From a virus (lineage: Duplodnaviria; Caudoviricetes), in the IMG/VR virus record IMGVR_UViG_3300025653_000045, positions 1 through 56,031 of that record: a stretch of 56,031 bases of DNA; one strand, written 5' to 3'. The notes beneath the pieces were generated by a model that ran no database searches, was not told the DNA's origin, and saw only the letters and a list, made by a program, of their open reading frames with translations. This document shows, one piece after another, positions 1 to 10,166 of this stretch (the stretch's first letter is position 1; each line of letters starts with the position of its first letter). The position numbers and the translations under genes were made by a program.

Positions 1-827
1 CCTCTGTTTGCAACAGCAGCGAAGTAGCCTTCAGACTTGTTAAATGCGCCGTCAGCCGTTTGAACAGTGATGCTAGAAGGAGATGTTGAAGATCCGTCTG
101 ACCACAACATCATAGCCTCACGCTGGTTCATGAAACGCTTACGAGCGTCCATCTCACCCTTAACGTACCATCTGTACTGGCCATTCACTTTCAACCAACC
201 GATGTTGCTTGCTTGTGAGCCGTTGACGTGGAACGTGTCCTTGGTGATGATGTAGCTGTTTCGACGCTTCGTGAGTGAAGTCTGGTAGAACTTGTCTGGC
301 TGACCAGTTCCCTGCGCATACATGTTACCGATAACAGCGAATTCAACACCATCGTACTCTCCAGCAGTGATAGCGCTTGAAGCGATAGCAGTAAATGTCA
401 AGGTAGTTCCAGTGCCAACAGTTTGAACGATGAGTCTTTGACTTCCATTCAACAAGACGTCGTTTGGACGGATAACTTGATCTGCCGCAGTGATGTCATC
501 TTGATCGATAGAGTTTGACGTATCAACTGTGAATGTGCCTGAAGCACCCGCCGCAACAGCGCCTGTTGGTGAGTCAATAGTTACAGTTCTGTGCAAACGA
601 CCTTCTTCATACCACTCGACCTCGTCAGAGGTACCTGCGTTTCTCACAGCTCCAGTGAGGTCCAAGAAACCTGTCAATCCTTGGTCTCCGAAAGTTTCGA
701 CGTAGAGTTCTCTTACGTCAGGCTTCGTTGGGTCGAGGAGCGATCCCAAAGAAGTGTAGTTTTGTGCTCCCAGGCCAAGTTCTCTTGGTCCTTGGGGGTC
801 AGTATTAGGGTTGCTAGGTACAGCCAT
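1..827 (-). CDS. Major capsid protein, N-terminal part (runs off the window)
   Basis: Not in the ORF track. Manual translation from ATG at 827: MAVPSNPNTDPQGPRELGLGAQNYTSLGSLLDPTKPDVRELYVETFGDQGLTGFLDLTGAVRNAGTSDEVEWYEEGRLHR; resembles crAss-like capsid proteins and follows an acidic scaffold-like gene. Confidence 0.8.
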   Translation of the reverse strand, partial: MAVPSNPNTDPQGPRELGLGAQNYTSLGSLLDPTKPDVRELYVETFGDQGLTGFLDLTGAVRNAGTSDEVEWYEEGRLHRTVTIDSPTGAVAAGASGTFTVDTSNSIDQDDITAADQVIRPNDVLLNGSQRLIVQTVGTGTTLTFTAIASSAITAGEYDGVEFAVIGNMYAQGTGQPDKFYQTSLTKRRNSYIITKDTFHVNGSQASNIGWLKVNGQYRWYVKGEMDARKRFMNQREAMMLWSDGSSTSPSSITVQTADGAFNKSEGYFAAVANR

Positions 828-854
828 ATTTTCTAATTGTTAGATAGTTATTGT

Positions 855-1937
855 TCAACGAAATGTGAGATTGTTACTACCAAGCGCTTGCCGAAGCTGT
901 GCTGCGAGTGACGATTCTCCTGGTTGAGAGCTACCTTGATTCGGGCTTTTGGCACTGACGTTTGCTGCTTGGTTAACGATTCCTCGTTGACCATCTGACA
1001 TGCCTTGCTTGTAGACTGACTGTACAATCGTTTCGATATTGTCAATCACTGTGCGGTGCATGTTCAACATGTCGTAATCCCAAGTCCCATCCTCGCTCAC
1101 GTAAGGATCAAAGAACTCGTCAAGGCGAGTGTTCTTCTCGTTAAGCTGACTTTTATACTCGTTAGTCAAACCGAAGGTAAAAGAATTACCATTCCCCAGA
1201 TCGAACTCAACGCCATCGAGGGCACCGAGATCTCTCTGCATGTTTGCGATCCATTGGTCATCAATCGGAGAAGCGTCGTCGACAGATTCCTGAGAAACAA
1301 TCGGGGCTTTGTAGGTATCGCGCAAAGCGGATATTCTATCCCGTGCTTCCTTGGCATCCATCTTCAACTGCAACTGTGAAAGTTTCACCTCCTCTTCTGT
1401 ATGCAGATTCGGATCGAGCTTGTACTTGCTAGAGAGAAGCGTATCTAGTTCGTCTTGATTAAGGTCCTGATAATCTCCGATCATCTGAAGTCTAACAGCA
1501 GTCATGTCATCCATTTCGGAAGCGTTCAGCTGTTGGTACTTGAACCAATCTTGAGGATCTCGGCCTGTCTCTTCGACGAACCGAGCGATCGCCTCTACAC
1601 GCTCGTCAAGCGCTCTTTCTTGTTGCTGAGGAGCCAAGTCATCGAATGAGTTGAACTGTCTACCCAGCTTTTCGCTTAGGTATGAAAGCACTTCCGCATC
1701 GACATCAATAGGCTCCTGATAAGTTTGTTGTTGTTGTCCTGTATTGTCAAAGGTTTCTTCAGGAGCTGCCGTTGCTGGCTCCTGGTCTGTCTGCATCGCT
1801 GCATCCAGATCAATCACATCAGGTGGAGCTGGTTGAGCTGCCTCTGATTGCTGAATGTCTTCAGCTGTGACGTTCTGAACTTGCTCGTCAGACAAAAACT
1901 CCACTGAGGAAGTTTCGTTAACTTCTTGATTTTCCAT
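855..1937 (-). CDS. Putative capsid scaffolding/assembly protein
   Basis: 360 aa, acidic low-complexity N-terminus and helical C-terminus, directly upstream of the capsid gene. Confidence 0.6.
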   Translation of the reverse strand: MENQEVNETSSVEFLSDEQVQNVTAEDIQQSEAAQPAPPDVIDLDAAMQTDQEPATAAPEETFDNTGQQQQTYQEPIDVDAEVLSYLSEKLGRQFNSFDDLAPQQQERALDERVEAIARFVEETGRDPQDWFKYQQLNASEMDDMTAVRLQMIGDYQDLNQDELDTLLSSKYKLDPNLHTEEEVKLSQLQLKMDAKEARDRISALRDTYKAPIVSQESVDDASPIDDQWIANMQRDLGALDGVEFDLGNGNSFTFGLTNEYKSQLNEKNTRLDEFFDPYVSEDGTWDYDMLNMHRTVIDNIETIVQSVYKQGMSDGQRGIVNQAANVSAKSPNQGSSQPGESSLAAQLRQALGSNNLTFR

Positions 1938-1952
1938 GAATTAAATTTTGTG

Positions 1953-1960
1953 CAAATATA
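1953..1960 (-). promoter_or_regulatory. Bacteroidota-type -7 promoter element TATATTTG
   Basis: Matches TAnnTTTG, 15 nt upstream of the ATG at 1937. Confidence 0.7.
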
Positions 1961-1968
1961 TAACTAAT

Positions 1969-2361
1969 TTACTTTCTGTACTTTGCGACCTTCTTGGCAA
2001 TACGCTTGGGTTGTTTTACAAACTGCTTACCCTTCTTATTGCCTGCTGCTTTAGCCCTGTTGGTGGCTCGTTTCTCACTGGCACTCAGTGACTTCCAAGC
2101 CTTGTCTGGCAAGTATCTCTTCTTGCCTTTTGATGGCTTACCGTCTGATGTGCGCCACTTCTGCTTAGTCCACTTGCTTAGGCTGTTACTCTTTGACTTC
2201 TTGCCTTTGTAGCCTCCACCAGCCTTTTTGTATGCAGCTACAGCAAGCTGAGCTTTACGTGCTGACCACTGTCCTGCCCGCCCGCCCTTGTTGCCCGCTT
2301 TGATACGGGCAACGATTCTCTTCCATAGCCCTGGATTCTTTTTCTTGGCTGACTTAGCCAT
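1969..2361 (-). CDS. Very basic protein (DUF5872-like), putative nucleic-acid binding
   Basis: 130 aa, K/R-rich, motifs GQWSARKAQL and WTKQKW..RYLP. Confidence 0.65.
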   Translation of the reverse strand: MAKSAKKKNPGLWKRIVARIKAGNKGGRAGQWSARKAQLAVAAYKKAGGGYKGKKSKSNSLSKWTKQKWRTSDGKPSKGKKRYLPDKAWKSLSASEKRATNRAKAAGNKKGKQFVKQPKRIAKKVAKYRK

Positions 2362-2539
2362 GAGATACCATCTTGAACTTGGCTTCTTTTACAGCGTTGG
2401 GGTGCGGCTTGTAGTCTCCTTTCATCAAGAAGTATCTACCGCGCTCTTCCATCCAGTGATATCCAGCGGGTGGTGGCACGCTCATAGTCTTCGTGCTTAC
2501 TTTAAGCTTACCTCCCTTGTTGTACTTGACTGCGTTCAT
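2354..2539 (-). CDS. Hypothetical protein
   Basis: 61 aa ORF tightly packed with its neighbours. Confidence 0.65.
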   Translation of the reverse strand: MNAVKYNKGGKLKVSTKTMSVPPPAGYHWMEERGRYFLMKGDYKPHPNAVKEAKFKMVSHG

Positions 2540-2540
2540 G

Positions 2541-2843
2541 TTACCACTTTACTTTATCCGCCCAGTACGCTGCGCTCATTTTGCCTTTCGCTATGTTCTT
2601 GGCGTGACGCGCTTTGAAGCTTGCACGTTTCTTGCGTCTAGCTGGGGTTGGGTTTGACTCTGTTACAGTGTCGGCTCCTTTCTCTCCGAATCGGATAAGC
2701 TTGATCTTATTGCCTTCCTTAGCCAGAACCATGTGAGACTTCTTTGGGTGCTTAGGTGTGGACTTAGGTTTGTTCACTCCCTTCAACCCATACTTCTTCA
2801 GCATGTTCTTGATTCTCTTGGAGATAGCGCTTGGACTGCTCAT
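2541..2843 (-). CDS. Basic phage protein (KxIRFG / SFKARH / SAAYW motifs)
   Basis: Start moved to ATG 2843 because the ORF-track start overlaps the promoter motif. Confidence 0.7.
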   Translation of the reverse strand: MSSPSAISKRIKNMLKKYGLKGVNKPKSTPKHPKKSHMVLAKEGNKIKLIRFGEKGADTVTESNPTPARRKKRASFKARHAKNIAKGKMSAAYWADKVKW

Positions 2844-2847
2844 AACG

Positions 2848-2855
2848 CAAATATA
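2848..2855 (-). promoter_or_regulatory. -7 promoter element TATATTTG
   Basis: 4 nt before ATG 2843. Confidence 0.7.
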
Positions 2856-2856
2856 C

Positions 2857-2890
2857 AAAACAAAGAAAGGGGCTCGATGGCCCCTCTCTT
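2857..2890 (-). terminator. Intrinsic terminator
   Basis: AGGGGC-catcga-GCCCCT hairpin followed by a T-rich tract on the minus strand. Confidence 0.75.
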
Positions 2891-2906
2891 TATAGACTCT
2901 ATTGTC

Positions 2907-3185
2907 TTACTCCGCTGGCTCTGTGGTTACAGTGGCATCAGGGAATGCAGCCGTCATAGCTGAATCGACAATCTCATTGATGTCAGTCTCAGTGTACTCT
3001 GTATAAGACACAGTGCTACGGTGCTTAAACACCCCGTCGTTCTCGTTTGCTTCGATTACGATTACAGCATTGTTGTCAAGAACCTGACATGCAAGAACTT
3101 TAATCTTAGGATTCAAGAGAGAGAACTCTCCGAAATTTTGCTCGCCTGTGATGGCCCAGCGCTTAGTTGTAAATGTTTGTGGCAT
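2907..3185 (-). CDS. Hypothetical protein
   Basis: 92 aa ORF; TATATTCG variant promoter element at 3209-3216. Confidence 0.7.
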   Translation of the reverse strand: MPQTFTTKRWAITGEQNFGEFSLLNPKIKVLACQVLDNNAVIVIEANENDGVFKHRSTVSYTEYTETDINEIVDSAMTAAFPDATVTTEPAE

Positions 3186-3336
3186 TAGATTGATTTTGAT
3201 TAACGATGCGAATATACGAAAATAAATCGTTACGGAACCTTACTGTTTGGAATCCATCCAGCAGCATCCGATTTCCGATTAAGTCAGTTGGGTGGACGAA
3301 GAATAAATCAAGCTCCCAAGCGTGTATGGTATAAAA

Positions 3337-3819
3337 TTATACGTCATATACGTAGCTATTGTTATCTGATGATACAAGCACACCTGAAGGGTATTCTCGA
3401 TAAAGAAGCGCCTCTAGCTCAGGAGCTCTTTGAGGTGTAGCCTCGTATCTAACTTGAGTAATTGAAACGCTGTTTTGATTAAACTTCTCGTATAGGTCAT
3501 CCTTTATGTCGGAGAACGTTGCAAACAATCTCGTAGCGTAGGTGCTGTCACCTATGGATATTGTATACCTCTGACTGGTATCCTTCAATCCGTCTACGTA
3601 GTACCTGCAGTGCAAGTAATATCCAGTCCCTCCTTCTACAGGCTTTACGATGTGAACCGCCTTAACCTTAAAACCGTTTGTGGGGTCATCAGCGAACTGA
3701 GACCTCACATCTTGACTGAGCGAGGCCGTAGCGCTGATATCCCAGACAGCTTTGTAGTTGTCTGAACCCAGCCTACCAACTTCTTTTTGAAGCGAATATG
3801 TGAACGGAGTTGTACTCAT
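3337..3819 (-). CDS. Hypothetical protein (tail region)
   Basis: 160 aa, ATGA overlap with the upstream gene. Confidence 0.7.
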   Translation of the reverse strand: MSTTPFTYSLQKEVGRLGSDNYKAVWDISATASLSQDVRSQFADDPTNGFKVKAVHIVKPVEGGTGYYLHCRYYVDGLKDTSQRYTISIGDSTYATRLFATFSDIKDDLYEKFNQNSVSITQVRYEATPQRAPELEALLYREYPSGVLVSSDNNSYVYDV

Positions 3820-4058
3820 ACGTCGTCTATATCTGTAAATGGAACCCAGTCTCCATCAGGATCTTCAAGGATATCCTTTATTTGAGAGGCATTGTATTGC
3901 GTGTAACCAGACACAGAATCTGGAGCGGCCCCCTGAAACTTCAGTATTACCCTGTCAGAGCCATACACAGAAGATCTTAGGCCGTCTAAGGACTGACCCA
4001 TCGAGGCGTCAATCATAGCCTGAGTAACCTCATTTCTAGGTGCTATCACGTATATCAT
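3816..4058 (-). CDS. Small tail-fibre-associated protein
   Basis: 80 aa, ATGA overlaps on both sides; follows the LamG-like gene. Confidence 0.6.
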   Translation of the reverse strand: MIYVIAPRNEVTQAMIDASMGQSLDGLRSSVYGSDRVILKFQGAAPDSVSGYTQYNASQIKDILEDPDGDWVPFTDIDDV

Positions 4059-4981
4059 AAGGATGCAAATTCTACGTTGGTGTGAACCAAGTTGCCAGAA
4101 GTGCCAGTATTATTTGTCACAGGTGCCTCGGTCGTATCCTCAGCAGTGTTACCTACCTCGTAATGGATTTTAAGATCAGCACTACTTGCGTAGTTTCCAG
4201 AGTTAGTAGATGGGTCAAATCCACCCACGCCAGCATTGTATATCTCTGTGATTTCTGAAGATGTCAGCGCGTCAGACCAAACGATATAGTCGCTAAGCTT
4301 CATTTCTTCAAACGCTACAAATGTCGTATTGGCTGGACTGTAGTCTGATCCTAAGCCAGCATCCCTATTGTATACAAGGTTATTAGTCGCTGTAGAGGGA
4401 TTTGTGGTAGACGTGTCACTTGCAGAAGACCCATTCACAAATATGGTAGCATCATAACCTGTACCTCCTGAAGCCTGCTTACACACTAAGCAAACGTGTA
4501 TCCACTCGTCCATTGCAACTGACGGCGCTTGAACCTGCTTCCAAAACGCTGCGTTGTGGACTGAGTTTTTATCATCTATTGAAGCGTTATTTGCAAAAAC
4601 CACAACATTCGCTGGGTTGTTTGTTGAAGTTCTTTTTATTCTCAAAAAGTCTCTGGTGGCTATCGGCCCGTTGACAAAACTAGATGCATATATGTTTTGC
4701 TCAGTAGTGTCAGTAACCCCGTCAAGATTAACCCAGATAGAAATAGTGGCTTTGTCGTAGGCAGACCTATAAAGTATGGTACTAAAAGTGTGTTGGTTTG
4801 TAATCAAAGTAGTTGCGTCAACACCATCGTAGACAACCGACTTAGTTGAAACAGAACCGCCGCCACCACCGCCACCTGCAGTAACGAGGCAGGAGATAAC
4901 TCTTGCGACGTTGGCTTTAGCTACACCATTAACCTTAGAGATGCCGCTCCAAGTAACACCGTTTATTTTGCTTACACTCAT
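4055..4981 (-). CDS. LamG/concanavalin A-like domain protein, putative receptor binding
   Basis: Motifs TISIWVN, EWIHVCLV, IFVNG, WSDALTSSEITEIYN. Confidence 0.75.
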   Translation of the reverse strand: MSVSKINGVTWSGISKVNGVAKANVARVISCLVTAGGGGGGGSVSTKSVVYDGVDATTLITNQHTFSTILYRSAYDKATISIWVNLDGVTDTTEQNIYASSFVNGPIATRDFLRIKRTSTNNPANVVVFANNASIDDKNSVHNAAFWKQVQAPSVAMDEWIHVCLVCKQASGGTGYDATIFVNGSSASDTSTTNPSTATNNLVYNRDAGLGSDYSPANTTFVAFEEMKLSDYIVWSDALTSSEITEIYNAGVGGFDPSTNSGNYASSADLKIHYEVGNTAEDTTEAPVTNNTGTSGNLVHTNVEFASL

Positions 4982-7900
4982 ACTTCAATGAAAGTGCTGT
5001 CTGGGTTAAAGTACACAATGCCATTAGCTGGGTCTGTAACGTAGCCCACAATTCTAACAATGTCACCTGGAGTAGATGGAGGGGTAGCTGTAAGTGTTCC
5101 CTTGTTGGACTGTGAGCCATCTGCTCCTCTCAAGTAAACTGGATCGCCGATGCTGGCGCCACTGAATGCCGCATTGGTAGACAGCTTCACGGCCCCCTTA
5201 AGCACCATGTCGGTACCGTTGGTGGTTCCTGTAGCTGAGGCTACAGCAAGCAATCCTTTTGAGTCAGCCTCTGCCTCAGCATCAGTTTCTGTGAATGAGC
5301 CTCCAGCAAGGTTATAAACCTTTCCAGCAACTACACTTACGTCAGTCCCTATCTTGGATATCGTCTCCGAATTACCACCGTAAGTGCCTACAGCAGATGT
5401 CGAAGTCGGTCTAACTTGAGGGATCTGGTCAGAATTTAGTTTAGGGGTAGAAAGTGTACCACCACTAAATCTGAAAGTAGCATCACTGTCAAGAACAAGG
5501 TTGTTACTGCTGTAAAAGGGGACTTCACCCAAGCCTCCAGTACCAGCTACCCGTGTTATGTTGAGGGCTGGTATTGTTGTCTGATCAACCCAATCTAGGT
5601 TACCCGACCCGTCTGTTTTGAGAACCTGGTTGGCATCACCGTCTGAATTAGGTAGTGTAAGAGTGACAGGCGAACTTAGCGAAGATGGCGCTTGAATAGT
5701 TATGTAGTCGTTTCCATTATTTGTAGCCTCCTTAAGGGATATAGCGCCAGACACAGCGTTGTTTGTAGCCTTGAACTTGATTCTTCCTGGATTAGCCTGG
5801 AAGCTTAGAGTGTCAGTGGCATCTCCGTAGTCTTCGATTCTTATGAAGGCTGGGGTAGTCGTAGAAGTCTCGAACGTCAAAAGGTTGGAGCTAGCCGTGG
5901 TGTAGGTTCTGCTTTGACCTGATGTTTGAGTCAGGTCAGCGGTGGCTAGGTTATCTCCTGTTCCAGTACCTCCAGCAGCGAATGACAGATTACCTGACCC
6001 GTCCGTTTGAAGGACATGACCTGACTGCCCGTCAGTAGACGGAAGCACGAAGGTAAGATCATTAGATAGCGTAGAAGGAGCGGCAATAGTTACAGTGTTG
6101 CTGTTATCATTATCAGCAATACTGATTGCGCCAGCGGTAATACTGCTTGAGCTTCTGACCTCAAAAGAACCTGTGTGTGTTGTATTTCCTACTTGAGAGA
6201 AGTTTCCAGTGAGAGCTAAATCACCAGTGATCCCAAGGCTACCTACCATACTCCATGCTCCAGCAGCGTCGTTCCAACCTAGTCTAGTAAGACCTCCATC
6301 TTTAATTGAAAAATCGTAGTTGTCTAATTGAAGTACCCTATCATTATCTAGAGTAAGGTCGGTGTTCGCAATGTTGGTGTCTGCAGAAACAGATGTAGCG
6401 AAAGTCAAGTTGCCGCTACCGTCTGTCGTGAGCACTTGACCTGGCGTACCGTCGGTAGCTGGAAGGACAAACTCTACATCAGAGGTCATGGCTGAAGCAG
6501 CCTTCAGGCCTACGTAGTTGGCTCCCTCCCAGAACCTGAGAACCCCGTCATTACCTAGTCTGGCAACCTCAACGGCAGATCCAGAAGAGTAGTCGTTAAC
6601 CCTCAAGTCTCCAGCAACACTGACCACGCCTCTCACACTGGCTACTGAAGAAATCGAGTTACTCCAATTAAGAACCTTTCCGTCATTGTTTGTAGTACCG
6701 CTGTGCTGAAGGAACTTGAGGTCTCCTGAAGAATTTATTTTAATAGCCTCTTTTTCGACTACTGTGTAAGCGGATGTGGCGTCGTCCCGAATGGTCAATG
6801 CTCCGTTCTGCGTACCAAACACAAACTTATTGGTGTTTCCGCTTTTCTGAAGTGTTACTGTGTTTCCTGTATTACTCGCACCCATCTCCCCAGCTACACC
6901 GAAGTTTACTTTACCAGCGTTTGCTGCGTTCAGAACTAGGTTGCCGTCGTCAATGTATATATTGTTTCCTGAGCCACTCACATGGAGGGCCTGAGTAGGA
7001 GATGTAGTGCCGATACCAACTCTTCCGTTAGCAATGTCTATATAAGCTGTGTCTGTAGCTTGAGCAGCACCGTTTGCGTTACCCGCCCAGATGTTTCCTG
7101 TGGCGATGTTAGGAACGTCATTAGTACGGCCAATGCACGACACCTTGAGGCCTTGACAAGTTGTTCCGTTCGTCTTTAGGACTATACCAACGTTTTGAAT
7201 GAGGTTAGAGCCAGTTGGTTTGTCTTTTGTCAGCCCTCCGCCGCTGGCAACATACAACACGTCGTTATTTGCAAGCCCTGTAAAGCCACTGATGTTGGTG
7301 TTGTAAGTTCCAACCATAATGGCAAGACCATCTTGATCTGCGCCCGTAGTCGTAAGTTCTGTTGTAGCGATACCTATGGCAGGCATCTTTGTTGGATCGC
7401 TTGCGTCTGCGATACCTACTAGAATTCTCTCACTTCCTCCAATCTCACCCTTAGAGTAGATAGGAGTTCCTGCGGGTATAGTCGCCCCTTCGTCATTACG
7501 AACTGGGAAGTGAATTTTTTCTGGGTCTTCTTTAACATCTTTAGATACGTAAACCTTCCCATCTGTAGCGCTCACGTTGGCTACAATAGCAATCTCTTGA
7601 ATAACGTTAGGGCTCTCGGGCCTTTCGCTTACAAAGTTTCCGTTATTTCCAACATATACAACATCGCCGACACTGAATCCAGCAGTGTTCACTGCATCAA
7701 GCAGCCCAGAGAAAACAGCCTGACCAGTAGCTCCAGCTGCGATATCTTCGTTGAGAACGAAAACAGCAGGCATCTTAGTCTCATCAGTATTGTTAGCTAC
7801 ATCAACAGTAGTGTTGCCGTCAACATCTTCACCAGTGATGTACACTACAGTACCTTTGTTGAGCGTGTTTGCAGTGTCGTTCTTTACCGTCTCTACAACA

Positions 7901-10143
7901 AGATTAACATCTAGCTCTCCCTCAAGTGCTGGGTTCTCTTGAAGAGAGATTTCTTCTGTGTTCGCATCATACGTAAGAATGTATCTGTCAAGCGCAGGGG
8001 CTAGAGTTTGGTTTGTATCGAACTCGTAGTTACCGAGCAAGACGTGACCTGTGCCATCTGGGATGATGGTGATGTCTTCGTTGTTTGAGCTGACGATGTC
8101 ATCTCTAACCTCTAAGTCCCCATTGATCTTAACGAACTCGTTGTCGAACTCCCCGTAGATAAGATCGGTTGCGTTAGGCACGCCGAGTGACTGGCCACTG
8201 ATACGGAGTCTGTGGTTGTCGTACAAAGTAGAGCTCCCTGCTCCATACCCGATGAATACGTTGCCAGAACCCGTTTCAAGCTGGTGCCCAGCTCTGTAAC
8301 CAAGAAGGACGTTGTAGTTGTACGTAGATCCTGGCTGCTGAGTGGAGCCTGTTCCAGCTTCATAACCGATGACAGTATTCCCCTCACCGTTGTTGTATCT
8401 ACCAGTGTCATACCCAACAAACACGCCTCTTTCGTGGGCTCTAGAAAGACGTCCGATTGCTACAGAACCAACGCTTTCAGAACGCGACGACGTCCCGATT
8501 GCAACAGTAGAGATTGCATTAGCGCTTGCGACTGCCCCTAAAGCTATTGAGCCAACCCCAGCCGCTGATGCGAGCACTCCAACAGCAGTCGCACTAACAG
8601 CACCAGAAGTCTGATAACCTATCAGCGTATTCTCATTCTGAGTAGTCAAGTCATTACCAGCTTGATAACCAAGCACAGTGTTGTAACTACCAGTGGTTAA
8701 ATCATGCAAGGCTTCATAACCGATAGCAGTATTGCTTGCGCCTGTAGTGAGAACTTTAAGAGCCTCGTAACCGACTGCTACAGTATTCTCGAATGTAGAT
8801 TGGTTAAATGTGCCGTTTAGAGCGTTGAATCCGACAGCCACGTTATTCCCCCCAGAAGTCTGATAGCCAGACTGAGCTCCTACATAGGTTGAGTAAGACG
8901 CCGTAGTAGATAGAAAACCAGCGTACGCACCCAAGGACACATTGAATTCACCACTAGTTAAGGATTGCATAGCGGATTGGCCCATTGCGGTGTTATATGA
9001 GCCGTCTGTAAGGCTCAGCATAGTCTGAGCCCCCACGGATATATTGTAGGAACCAGTCGAACCAGAACCCCCTCGCATTGCTCTTTGACCTATCGCAATG
9101 TTTTTGTTTCCCGTTGCATTTTGAGCCGCTTCTTTGCCGATAGCAACTGCAAAGCTCGAGCTTGTAGAATTTTGAAACACCCTTTCGCCAATACCTACAG
9201 CACCATTAAATAACGAGTTGGGCAGCTCTGTTCCAATAAGGATATACTTCTGGTTAACACCGCCCGCACTAAGATTTATTCTCCCATCTACATGCAGCGC
9301 TTCTTGCGGAGATGTAGTTTCAATCCCGACTCTGCTGTTTGCGACGTCTACGTAGATCGTATCTGTCGTTGAAGTCAAGTTGCTTGAATCACCGACGTAC
9401 ACATGTCCTTGCGGCAAGTGATCCAACCCAGTGATGTCAGCGAAAGTGAACGGCGCAGAAGACGCCTCCCACTGAGTTCCAGAGTATCTAAGGAAATCAT
9501 TTGCAGAAGGAGACATGCTAGAGTCAACATCGATAAGAGTGCTGAGCTGGTGTGTGTATTGAGTAGCCACACCGTTAGCGTTACCCACCCAGATCTGATT
9601 CTGAGCCAACCCTTCGAAAGTGTTGTTGCTCCCATCTACGTAAACTGAGATGATCCCTTCGGTAGAATCTACCTTAGAAACAACCCCGACAGAGTAAGAA
9701 GCATCCGTTCCGCTAGGAGCGGTAGCGGTAATCCCTCCGCCTGTTGCGACATACAGTCTGTCACCGACAGAGAAAGTCGCAGTGTTAGCGTCAATCAGAG
9801 CACCGACGAGGATAACATCTACGTCATCTTCTGGATCAGTAACATCTCCAGCAACCAACCCAACGGGAGGGAGCGTAGCTGCATCAGCAGCGTCACAAGC
9901 AGCGATCTGTCCGCTTGAGTTGATGTAGACAGGATCTCCTTTAGAGAGCGTTCCTGTGAACGTCAGATCAGTTCTGTCAAGCATCAAAACCTCTACGTCA
10001 CCCCACTCGGTGGCATAGTCAGCGCTTGAACTTTTCTTTAATACTTGTGGCTTTATCCCGCCTGAAGGAACCCCAATTCCTGGCAGTCCATAACTAACTT
10101 TGACTACTGGGGTGGAGTTTACAATTACCGTTGGACTACTCAT
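4978..10143 (-). CDS. Long tail fibre/spike protein
   Basis: 1721 aa, G/S/T-rich; repeated GxxVY..P.VG domains, NTAIG-type beta-roll repeats and three LPxxDG..QVLxTDGSGNL repeats. Confidence 0.85.
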   Translation of the reverse strand: MSSPTVIVNSTPVVKVSYGLPGIGVPSGGIKPQVLKKSSSADYATEWGDVEVLMLDRTDLTFTGTLSKGDPVYINSSGQIAACDAADAATLPPVGLVAGDVTDPEDDVDVILVGALIDANTATFSVGDRLYVATGGGITATAPSGTDASYSVGVVSKVDSTEGIISVYVDGSNNTFEGLAQNQIWVGNANGVATQYTHQLSTLIDVDSSMSPSANDFLRYSGTQWEASSAPFTFADITGLDHLPQGHVYVGDSSNLTSTTDTIYVDVANSRVGIETTSPQEALHVDGRINLSAGGVNQKYILIGTELPNSLFNGAVGIGERVFQNSTSSSFAVAIGKEAAQNATGNKNIAIGQRAMRGGSGSTGSYNISVGAQTMLSLTDGSYNTAMGQSAMQSLTSGEFNVSLGAYAGFLSTTASYSTYVGAQSGYQTSGGNNVAVGFNALNGTFNQSTFENTVAVGYEALKVLTTGASNTAIGYEALHDLTTGSYNTVLGYQAGNDLTTQNENTLIGYQTSGAVSATAVGVLASAAGVGSIALGAVASANAISTVAIGTSSRSESVGSVAIGRLSRAHERGVFVGYDTGRYNNGEGNTVIGYEAGTGSTQQPGSTYNYNVLLGYRAGHQLETGSGNVFIGYGAGSSTLYDNHRLRISGQSLGVPNATDLIYGEFDNEFVKINGDLEVRDDIVSSNNEDITIIPDGTGHVLLGNYEFDTNQTLAPALDRYILTYDANTEEISLQENPALEGELDVNLVVETVKNDTANTLNKGTVVYITGEDVDGNTTVDVANNTDETKMPAVFVLNEDIAAGATGQAVFSGLLDAVNTAGFSVGDVVYVGNNGNFVSERPESPNVIQEIAIVANVSATDGKVYVSKDVKEDPEKIHFPVRNDEGATIPAGTPIYSKGEIGGSERILVGIADASDPTKMPAIGIATTELTTTGADQDGLAIMVGTYNTNISGFTGLANNDVLYVASGGGLTKDKPTGSNLIQNVGIVLKTNGTTCQGLKVSCIGRTNDVPNIATGNIWAGNANGAAQATDTAYIDIANGRVGIGTTSPTQALHVSGSGNNIYIDDGNLVLNAANAGKVNFGVAGEMGASNTGNTVTLQKSGNTNKFVFGTQNGALTIRDDATSAYTVVEKEAIKINSSGDLKFLQHSGTTNNDGKVLNWSNSISSVASVRGVVSVAGDLRVNDYSSGSAVEVARLGNDGVLRFWEGANYVGLKAASAMTSDVEFVLPATDGTPGQVLTTDGSGNLTFATSVSADTNIANTDLTLDNDRVLQLDNYDFSIKDGGLTRLGWNDAAGAWSMVGSLGITGDLALTGNFSQVGNTTHTGSFEVRSSSSITAGAISIADNDNSNTVTIAAPSTLSNDLTFVLPSTDGQSGHVLQTDGSGNLSFAAGGTGTGDNLATADLTQTSGQSRTYTTASSNLLTFETSTTTPAFIRIEDYGDATDTLSFQANPGRIKFKATNNAVSGAISLKEATNNGNDYITIQAPSSLSSPVTLTLPNSDGDANQVLKTDGSGNLDWVDQTTIPALNITRVAGTGGLGEVPFYSSNNLVLDSDATFRFSGGTLSTPKLNSDQIPQVRPTSTSAVGTYGGNSETISKIGTDVSVVAGKVYNLAGGSFTETDAEAEADSKGLLAVASATGTTNGTDMVLKGAVKLSTNAAFSGASIGDPVYLRGADGSQSNKGTLTATPPSTPGDIVRIVGYVTDPANGIVYFNPDSTFIEV

Positions 10144-10147
10144 ACTG

Positions 10148-10155
10148 CAAATATA
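10148..10155 (-). promoter_or_regulatory. -7 promoter element TATATTTG
   Basis: 4 nt before ATG 10143. Confidence 0.7.
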
Positions 10156-10166
10156 CTAAAGGAGAA

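Noticed and set aside
4978-10143. Diversity-generating retroelement targeting the tail fibre
   Set aside because: No reverse transcriptase and no template/variable repeat pair noticed.
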